From contig JBDTQW010000003.1 in assembly GCA_039931975.1 (NCBI GenBank), positions 1 through 61,271 of the forward strand: a stretch of DNA of 61,271 nt. Direction: 5' to 3'. The notes below the pieces were generated by a model. The model was not told the origin of the DNA, ran no database searches, and was given only the letters and a program-made list of their open reading frames with translations. Source of the DNA: Chloroflexota bacterium. Lineage in GTDB: Bacteria; Chloroflexota; Limnocylindria; Limnocylindrales; CSP1-4. Positions 1-6,439 of the stretch are shown here, piece by piece; position 1 is the stretch's first letter, and each line of letters begins with the position of its first letter. Both the position numbers and the translations under genes were made by a program.

Positions 1-697
1 TGTAGAGCGGAAGGGCGAACAGGAGCGTGGCCCACAGTCCGGCGCCGCCAGGCAGCCGCTCGTAGATCTGTGCCATCAACCAAGCGAGTGGCGCTAGCGC
101 AAAGAGGTTTGCCCAGTATCCGCGTGCATCTCCGAGGAGGACGAGTCGGAAGTCCAACCCATGCAGGAGGCTTACGCTGGCCGCCGTGATGACCACATTG
201 AGAAAAAAGCAGATACCGGCCATGACGATCGTCGCGGCGAAGCTAACCGCCGGTTCACTGGATACCCTGAGGATCGCCTCATAGGCGAAAGCACCGAGGA
301 TCGCCGGGAGGACGATGCCGGCGTGATTGAACAGGGAGCCATACCAAGGCACTCGTCCGCGAAGCTCGCGGACCTCAGTAGTCCCGAGCGCGGCCACCCA
401 CCCGGCCGCAGCCGGACCTCCCAGGATTGCCGCGGCAACAATCGGAGCCAGCGCGACGGATACAAGGGTCCCGCGCGGCATCCTAACCGGAAACGCCGAC
501 GCGAAGAGTGTGATCAGGACCCAAAATCCCACGCCCAAAAGTGCAAAGAGCGGGGTTGCTTGCTCGCTGACCGCGATCGACCGGCGCATCCCGAGGACGT
601 AGTCCGGTGCCCCAACAAAGACAAGACTCGTGACAACGAGTGCGATTGCACTCGCTCCCACGAGCCCTGCAATGTAGAACCTAAGTGCCTTCGGCAT
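1..697 (-). CDS. Multi-pass membrane sensor protein, N-terminal part only (runs off the window edge); resembles the MASE-type input domains that precede HD-GYP/GGDEF domains
   Basis: Not in the ORF track. ATG at 697 preceded by GGGACGAGGA, open for 232 codons to the edge. Translation MPKALRFYIAGLVGASAIALVVTSLVF...FWVLITLFASAFPVRMPRGTLVSVALAPIVAAAILGGPAAAGWVAALG...WYGSLFNHAG...WATLLFALPLY has many hydrophobic segments. Any catalytic domain lies outside the window. Confidence 0.8.
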   Translation of the reverse strand, partial: MPKALRFYIAGLVGASAIALVVTSLVFVGAPDYVLGMRRSIAVSEQATPLFALLGVGFWVLITLFASAFPVRMPRGTLVSVALAPIVAAAILGGPAAAGWVAALGTTEVRELRGRVPWYGSLFNHAGIVLPAILGAFAYEAILRVSSEPAVSFAATIVMAGICFFLNVVITAASVSLLHGLDFRLVLLGDARGYWANLFALAPLAWLMAQIYERLPGGAGLWATLLFALPLY

Positions 698-769
698 TCC
701 TCGTCCCTGAGATCCCGACCTCCCGGAACTCTAATCCCTCTGGTCAGGACTGGTTATGAGACTAAGGTC

Positions 770-859
770 CTAAAAGCCCCTTAGTGACGCAGCGCCAGCA
801 AGCGCGGCGGCGAGCACCGCGCCCAAGGCGACTACTGTTCGAAGGAAGCGGTCCTTCAT
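770..859 (-). CDS. 29-aa signal-peptide-like small protein MKDRFLRTVVALGAVLAAALAGAASLRGF
   Basis: Manual translation from ATG 859 to TAG 770. Basic n-region, 15-residue hydrophobic core, AxA motifs and a short polar tail. Below the ORF-track cutoff; its own SD is weak (AGTGGA). Confidence 0.65.
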   Translation of the reverse strand: MKDRFLRTVVALGAVLAAALAGAASLRGF

Positions 860-882
860 GGTTCCACTGGCTCTGTTTCTGG

Positions 883-915
883 TTACCAGGTCTTGGTAAA
901 CGTTTCGGTCGCCAC
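883..915 (-). CDS. 10-aa micro-ORF (V/M)ATETFTKTW
   Basis: GAGGAGGT (928-921) lies 5 nt before GTG 915; TAA at 885-883; ends 23 nt upstream of the 29-aa peptide ATG. Confidence 0.4.
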   Translation of the reverse strand: MATETFTKTW

Positions 916-952
916 GGTGTACCTCCTCGCGGCCCTCATGCCCTTAGAGACA

Positions 953-985
953 CGAAAACCGACCTGACTGGTAAGTCGGTCGGTT
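953..985 (-). terminator. Terminator-like hairpin (riboswitch expression platform)
   Basis: Minus-strand RNA AACCGACC-GACU-UACC-AGUC-A-GGUCGGUU followed by UUCG: 8 bp plus 4 bp with one bulge and a short U tract. The 5' arm is shared with the aptamer 3' end. Confidence 0.6.
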
Positions 986-1048
986 GCACTACTCGCTCCG
1001 CACCCACCCTAAGTGCCCATTTCAGGTGGGGCTTCCGCGCGTCCGAAC
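975..1048 (-). promoter_or_regulatory. c-di-GMP-II riboswitch aptamer
   Basis: Minus-strand RNA GUUCGG-A-CGC-GCGGAAG-CCCCACCU-GAAA-UGGGCACUU-AGGGUGGGU-GCGGA-GCG-A-GUAGUGCAACCGA-CCGAC. Carries the class II hallmarks UGGGCACUU and AGUAGUGCAACC, the GCACU/AGUGC pseudoknot, P1 UCGG/CCGA, P2 CGC/GCG, P3 CCCACCU/GGGUGGG, and kink-turn-like GAAG/GGA strands. Confidence 0.85.
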
Positions 1049-1093
1049 ATCTTGACATTGCTTCCCAGTACTTCCGTACTGAGTCGTGGCGGG

Positions 1094-1123
1094 ACTATAG
1101 GTAGCCCGAACTTCGCCGGTCAA
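1094..1123 (-). promoter_or_regulatory. sigma70-type promoter TTGACC-N18-TATAGT for the riboswitch/peptide transcript
   Basis: ggtcaa at 1118-1123 and actata at 1094-1099 on the + strand; overlaps the regulator stop codon. A CAGUAC-GGAA-GUACUG hairpin (1081-1066) would sit near the transcript 5' end. Confidence 0.6.
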
Positions 1124-4100
1124 TACGGCACCTTACCTATCGTCACAAGGCTCTCGAGTGACGGCGGCTCAATTCCTAGATCGTTTCGGAACGCGGCAGC
1201 GTAATGCCCGTAAAGCTCCGCGGCAGCCGATTGGGCGTCAGTTCGGACGTAGAGCCGAACGAGTGACAGCTGCATCTGCTCGGCCTTGGGGTCGGCCTCA
1301 AGGGCTCTCCTAGCCAGCCTGATCGCCCGATCGACTGCACCCGTGTTGGTATCAGCCGAAACAGCCCGTTCGATGATTTCCAAGTAGCTCGCGTGCATCG
1401 AGTCACGAAACTGCCCAGCCCAGTCCTCATATTCGAAGTCAAGGGCAAACCGACCCCGGTACGTCTCGCTCAGGCGTTCGACATTCTCGGGTGATGGATC
1501 TGCCTCGGCTTGGCGGATGGCCGCTCGCGACCGAGCAGATCGGCTGTCCACGAGCTCGGGATCCAGCCATAGCACATCAGAGTCATGGTGCAGGTAGTGA
1601 GGGGACGTATCGGCCGAGTAGGACGGCTCGAAGACACGGCGAAGGTGGTAGGCGGTTTGGTTCAGCGAGTTGACCGCGATCTTTGGAGCCTGCTCAGGCC
1701 ACAAGGCATCGAGCACCTGGTCCCGTGTCGCCGACAGGTTCGGGCGTGACAGAAGGAAACAAAAGAGCGCCAGCGCCATTCGACGCACTCCCGTGCTACC
1801 CAAGATATCCCTATCCCCGACTTGAATGGCCACGCGGCCCTGGTCCTCGACGACGATACGAGCAGCGAGCCGCCGGGCCAGTCCGCGACCTAGGCCAGCA
1901 GCCCCGTGCGATCTCCGGTGTTCCTTTGCGATGAGACGCAATGGGAGGACATCCTGGTGTTCACCGACCCGATCGAGGATTACGGCCGCCTCGAGTCTCA
2001 AACGTCGATCATCCCGATGGATGGCTTGCCTCAGTCCCTCTCTCCAGCGGTCCGGCATCCGAGCAGCCTCAGACGCTACCGATGCGAGGACTGCTGGATC
2101 GAGGAGCGGGAGCCGGTCGGTAACCAGCTCAGCGATCAGCGACAGGCTGGCTGGCCTATCGGCGACGACATGGCGCACGGCCTCGTTGAAGGCCGGCTGG
2201 TCATGAGTCGCCGCCTGGAGCACTCGGGCGCTGCAGGCGTAGAGACGTGCGCCTTGTCGTACTGCCAGGTTTAGAGCGTCGGACACGTCCTTGTCGGCTC
2301 CAGCTGACTTCGCCGCGACGGCGAGCCAGGCCCTGGTCAAGAGAAAACGGCTCATGAATGCCGCGACGGCGTGCGGACGATCGGTGGCGATGGCGTCGAG
2401 GCTCATCCGGGCCCCGTCGAGGTCGCCCCGACGCAACGCGAACATGGCAGACACCAGGTGCTGAAGATCGACGGTGGAGTCTGAGTTAAAGGGAGCTTCA
2501 GACGCCCGTAGCAGCGATCCTTCGCCCAGGAAGCGGTCGCCGAAGGCAGCATAGGCCTCCGCGATGAATGCCAGGGTCTCGCCCCTGACTGCGTCAAAGT
2601 CCTTCGATTCCGCTCGCTGAAACTCCTCGCGCGCCTCTTGCCATTCGCCTTGCTGCGCGAGGGCCCAACCCCGAAGAGCCATGGCAGCCTCAACCTCGAT
2701 CCCGGAAGATGTGGCCGATAGCTCTTGGATTGCTCTGGTCGATGCGGACAGTGCGCTCGCCGTATCGCCTCGGGCGCAGTCGATATCCGCGACATTGAGC
2801 CACGTGATTCCAACGTAGTGTCGGAGGCCGCTCGCCTCCTGTTCAGCCGCCATCTCTAGGAGCATGGTCCGTACTTCATCGAGGTTCGCAGTCGTCGAGC
2901 CGTCGAGGATTGCCACCACGGCTCTCGCGATTGCACGGACGATGCTCGAGGTCGTGCGAGTGGCCAACAGTTCTGCCACCTCGTGCTCAGTCTCCAGATC
3001 ACCACCGACATGCAGGACCGTGATCAGGTTGAGTAAAGCGTGGTCGGCGATGGTCGCCTGGTTCCAACTCATCGCTTTCTCGACAGCGAGCTCAGCGTGC
3101 TTGCGAGCGCTATCAGTGCGGCCACGGTAGAGGTCCATTCGCGAAACGAAGAGCTCGAAGGCTGCGTTGTTCTGGGCGCCGACCCGCAGAACGTAGGACT
3201 CGGCCAGGGCGAATTCGCCGGTACCCATGATGGTCGGTACTGCAGCCTGAACCACAGTGGCGAGATCAGCCATGTCGTCTGCGGCCGCGAAGTGGTAGGC
3301 CGCCAGGCGCCAGTCCGATGCGCCAGCGTGGCGAGCCACGGCTCGATGGAGATCTCTGGCAACGGCATCCCCGAGTGTGCGTCGCAGCCGCGATTCCAGG
3401 AACTCGCGCACGAGCGGGTGATACCGCCGGACCCCTCGGCGACTGGTTCCCCGCGTCGACAGGAGGCCGTATCGCTCCGTGGCAGCGATCAACTCTCTCG
3501 CACGAGTGGCCGGGAATCCACCGACGACCTCGGCCAGGGCCGGATCGACGGTCTGTAGCAGCGATGTAGTCATGAGGAAGCGTTGGGTCTCGTCGTCGAG
3601 ATCGCCGACCACCTCCTCGGCGAGGTAGTCGTACAACTCGCCTTGCGCCCCGCTCAAGCCCCGGACGAAGGTCCGGATCTCGCCGGGCGATCGGTCTCGC
3701 AGCGCTGCGTTGACCATCTCCAGGGAGGCTGCCCAGCCTTCCGTCCGATCGGCCAGGTCCGACAGCACATCCGGTTCCAGAGTCCGCTTATACGTCTCTC
3801 GGAATAGCCGCTCGGTCTCATCGAGGTCGAAACGGAGATCCGCGGCGTCGAGTTCCGCAACCTCACCGAGGGTCCGCAAGCGAGCCAATGGGACCGTGGG
3901 TGAAAGGCGAGACACGAACACGAGGGTGAGGCGCTCAGGAGCGCGGCTGATCAGCTGTTTGATCAGGACCCTGATATCGGGGACGTCGTCGACGAGGTGG
4001 TAGTCGTCGATAATCAGCGTGGCTCCCTTCGGGCCGAGGCTCTGGAGCTCCCTCATGAAGGTGGCGATGACCGTGTCGCGCGACGGGCCTGTCCCGACCC

Positions 4101-4626
4101 CGAGCTCGGTCAGCAGGCCCTTCGTCGCGGGCGCGAAGTCCGGCTTGATCTCCCGTCCGGCGGCAACCAGGTAGTGAAGAAAGCTCACCCAGTTGCGGTC
4201 GTCCTCGTCGAGCCGGTACCACATCGTCGGCCGTCGGTGATGGCGCGCGAAGTCGGCCAGCAGCGTCGTCTTGCCGTATCCAGCCTCGGCGGTGACGAGC
4301 ACGATCCGATGGTGGATCTTGACCTTCAGCCACGCGATCAGGCGTTCGCGACGCAGCGTTTCGCGCCGCAACGGCGGTCGCTGGACCTTCGCCGGTTGGA
4401 GCGGGAACTCGTGCAAGACGTCGCCGCCGATCGGGAGCGCAAGGCTGGGGCTGGATGCCGGTCGTCCCGGTCCGACAGGAACCGGTTCCCGCGCTCCCAG
4501 CTCGATGCGGGTCCCCGTGGACGGCCCCAACGATAAGGACCGGTTCTCCCTGGTGTCAACGCCGCGGTCGGCCAGGGGCGTTCTGTTGGGTTGGGCCATG
4601 TCGCCATAGTGGCGAGCGACGCTCAT
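1120..4626 (-). CDS. Large transcriptional regulator: MalT-like STAND ATPase, TPR-like helical region, C-terminal SARP module (OmpR-type wHTH + BTAD)
   Basis: Walker A AEAGYGKTTLL, Walker B LIIDDYH, MalT-like TEGWAASL and LYDYLAEEV motifs; C-terminal ATRDQVLDALWPE...LRRVF and YRGRFALDFEYEDW. Exact start uncertain. Confidence 0.85.
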   Translation of the reverse strand: MSVARHYGDMAQPNRTPLADRGVDTRENRSLSLGPSTGTRIELGAREPVPVGPGRPASSPSLALPIGGDVLHEFPLQPAKVQRPPLRRETLRRERLIAWLKVKIHHRIVLVTAEAGYGKTTLLADFARHHRRPTMWYRLDEDDRNWVSFLHYLVAAGREIKPDFAPATKGLLTELGVGTGPSRDTVIATFMRELQSLGPKGATLIIDDYHLVDDVPDIRVLIKQLISRAPERLTLVFVSRLSPTVPLARLRTLGEVAELDAADLRFDLDETERLFRETYKRTLEPDVLSDLADRTEGWAASLEMVNAALRDRSPGEIRTFVRGLSGAQGELYDYLAEEVVGDLDDETQRFLMTTSLLQTVDPALAEVVGGFPATRARELIAATERYGLLSTRGTSRRGVRRYHPLVREFLESRLRRTLGDAVARDLHRAVARHAGASDWRLAAYHFAAADDMADLATVVQAAVPTIMGTGEFALAESYVLRVGAQNNAAFELFVSRMDLYRGRTDSARKHAELAVEKAMSWNQATIADHALLNLITVLHVGGDLETEHEVAELLATRTTSSIVRAIARAVVAILDGSTTANLDEVRTMLLEMAAEQEASGLRHYVGITWLNVADIDCARGDTASALSASTRAIQELSATSSGIEVEAAMALRGWALAQQGEWQEAREEFQRAESKDFDAVRGETLAFIAEAYAAFGDRFLGEGSLLRASEAPFNSDSTVDLQHLVSAMFALRRGDLDGARMSLDAIATDRPHAVAAFMSRFLLTRAWLAVAAKSAGADKDVSDALNLAVRQGARLYACSARVLQAATHDQPAFNEAVRHVVADRPASLSLIAELVTDRLPLLDPAVLASVASEAARMPDRWREGLRQAIHRDDRRLRLEAAVILDRVGEHQDVLPLRLIAKEHRRSHGAAGLGRGLARRLAARIVVEDQGRVAIQVGDRDILGSTGVRRMALALFCFLLSRPNLSATRDQVLDALWPEQAPKIAVNSLNQTAYHLRRVFEPSYSADTSPHYLHHDSDVLWLDPELVDSRSARSRAAIRQAEADPSPENVERLSETYRGRFALDFEYEDWAGQFRDSMHASYLEIIERAVSADTNTGAVDRAIRLARRALEADPKAEQMQLSLVRLYVRTDAQSAAAELYGHYAAAFRNDLGIEPPSLESLVTIGKVPY

Positions 4627-4668
4627 CTGGCGCTTAGCTGACCCTATCGGCCCGAAGATCGGAGCCTC

Positions 4669-4872
4669 TCAGCCCTCGTATTCGAAGCCGATCTTGAGCT
4701 CGACCCGATACTCGACGATCTCATTGTCGTCGACGATGGCGCTCGACTTCACGACCTCGACGGTCCTGATATTGCGGACGGTCTTCGACGCCATGGCGAC
4801 GGCCACTCGTGCCGCGTCGGACCACGAGTTCGGGCTGGTCCCGACCATCTCCCGGATGATGATGACGCCCAT
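4669..4872 (-). CDS. Dodecin family flavin-binding protein
   Basis: 67 aa; VGTSPNSWSDAA...KTVRNI...EYRVELKIGF matches the dodecin pattern. Confidence 0.85.
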   Translation of the reverse strand: MGVIIIREMVGTSPNSWSDAARVAVAMASKTVRNIRTVEVVKSSAIVDDNEIVEYRVELKIGFEYEG

Positions 4873-4946
4873 GTGTGCCTCGCTCGTGCGCCGCGGACCG
4901 GCCCGAGCCAGTCCAGAACGGTCTGCTCAGTCTAGCCCGCAGGAAT

Positions 4947-4979
4947 CGAGAAGCCGACCTCGTCCAGGCCGGCTTCTCG
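4947..4979 (-). terminator. Stem-loop downstream of the zinc-ribbon gene, probable terminator
   Basis: Perfect 10-bp inverted repeat cgagaagccg (4947-4956) / cggcttctcg (4970-4979); weak U tract. Confidence 0.5.
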
Positions 4980-5001
4980 GGTGACCTCGCGGCACGCCGG
5001 A

Positions 5002-5304
5002 TCAGGCGGAGACGGCTCCTGCGGCAGCCGCGCGGACTTTGTCGAAGCAGGAGCTGCAATAGACCGGACGATCGTTGCGGGGGGCGAACGGGACGATCGC
5101 CTGGCCTCCGCATTCCCCACAGATCGCGGCGTGGAACTCGCGCGGGCTATCGCTCGAGCGAGCCCTCTTGGCGGCCGCCCGGCAGGACGGGCAGCGTTGC
5201 GGGTCGTTCTGAAGACCCTTGCTGGCAAAGAAGGTCTGCTCGCCGGAGGAGAACAGGAACTCGTCGGAGCAGTTGCGGCAGGTCAGTGTTCGATCTTGGT
5301 ACAC
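5002..5304 (-). CDS. Small zinc-ribbon protein (zf-trcl-like plus CxxC-x17-CxxC domain)
   Basis: MYQDRTLTCRNC...GEQTFF...PQRCPSCR...CGECG...PFAPRNDRPVYCSSCF. Confidence 0.9.
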   Translation of the reverse strand: MYQDRTLTCRNCSDEFLFSSGEQTFFASKGLQNDPQRCPSCRAAAKRARSSDSPREFHAAICGECGGQAIVPFAPRNDRPVYCSSCFDKVRAAAAGAVSA

Positions 5305-5560
5305 CCTGGTCCCTCGTCCGCATCAGGGATGACGGTGTCGATCGAACGGACTGGCTGGATTCGGGCGCGGCCGCTGGGGACGGTGACGCGGGCTCGACTC
5401 CGACCGTAGTGCCCGGACGGTCGCAATTCTGTCCGGCAGGATACGCGCCGAGTCAAGGGCTGGGGAATACAGCCATGTCCTGATTAGACCGGCTCCGTTG
5501 CGCATTGGCACCACGAGCGACCGTTGGGAACCCGATGGCCTGCGCTATCGTCCGGGCGAC

Positions 5561-6439
5561 ATGCCGAACGCCCGCCCTGCCACTTTTGCCTTGTCCACAG
5601 TCGTCCTGGCCGCGGCATGTGCGACCGGTGCGGCCTCACCGTCACCCATCCCGCCCACCCCGGCCCCGACCCTGGCGATCGAGCACGCCAAGGGCGCGAC
5701 CGACGTCGTCCTGCGCATGTCGACCGGGGGCGGCTTCGTCCCTGCTGGGTTTCTCCTGACCGAGGCACCCGAGTTCACCCTGTACGGCGACGGGACCGTC
5801 GTCTTCCGGAACCCGGCCAACGGTCCGGCGGCTCCTGTCCCCGACGATGGCGTGATCCGCAACGCGCCGTTCAGGACGGCGCGTCTGACCGAGGCCCAGG
5901 TCCAGGAGCTCCTCGAGTTCGCGATCGGCCCGAGCGGCCTGGGGATCGCCCGCGCCCAATACGACCCGTGCTGCGTCGCCGATGCGCCATCGACCACCTT
6001 CAACTTTCGGGCGGGCGGTCCGAACAAGGAGGTCACCGTCGGGGCCCTCGACTTCGACGATCCGCAACCGGGGCCGGACTCACTCGTGCGCAAGGCCTTC
6101 AAGGGACTCGCGGAGCGACTGCGCAACCTCGATCGGACTGGCGTCTCGTCGCCGGTCTTTGTGCCCGCGGCCTATCGGGGCGTCCTGTTCGAGGGCGGCG
6201 GTGGCCTCGCGGTACCGATCCGCGACTGGCCGTGGACGACCTTCGGTCCCGATGGATTCACTGCACCGGCCGACCCAAATGGCAATCAGACCCCGACCCG
6301 GACCTTGACCGCCGACGAGGTGGCTGCGTTGAAGATCAGCGGCCTCGAGGGCGGGGCTCAATCCATCGCGCTGCGGACCTCGAACGGAAAGATCCTCCTG
6401 CTCGGGCTCCGTCCGCTGCTGCCCGGCGAGAAGAGTTAG
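5561..6439 (+). CDS. Hypothetical lipoprotein
   Basis: ATG 5561; signal peptide ending LAAAC followed by a Pro/Thr linker; high GC at third codon positions. Confidence 0.7.
   Translation: MPNARPATFALSTVVLAAACATGAASPSPIPPTPAPTLAIEHAKGATDVVLRMSTGGGFVPAGFLLTEAPEFTLYGDGTVVFRNPANGPAAPVPDDGVIRNAPFRTARLTEAQVQELLEFAIGPSGLGIARAQYDPCCVADAPSTTFNFRAGGPNKEVTVGALDFDDPQPGPDSLVRKAFKGLAERLRNLDRTGVSSPVFVPAAYRGVLFEGGGGLAVPIRDWPWTTFGPDGFTAPADPNGNQTPTRTLTADEVAALKISGLEGGAQSIALRTSNGKILLLGLRPLLPGEKS

Noticed and set aside
1056-1066. GGGAAGCAAUG as the 5' end of the c-di-GMP-II aptamer
   Set aside because: It resembles one published aptamer start, but pairing (UCGG/CCGA, CGC/GCG) fits much better with a start near 1048.
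1052-1082. + strand TTGACA as an antisense promoter into the regulator
   Set aside because: No good -10 at 16-18 nt spacing.
161-1104. + strand ORFs 161-784 and 784-1104
   Set aside because: Arg/Asp-rich antisense shadows of the real minus-strand membrane gene, peptides and riboswitch.
5591-5599. Perfect TTGTCCACA DnaA box
   Set aside because: Single copy inside a signal-peptide coding sequence; no cluster and no AT-rich unwinding element, so not oriC.
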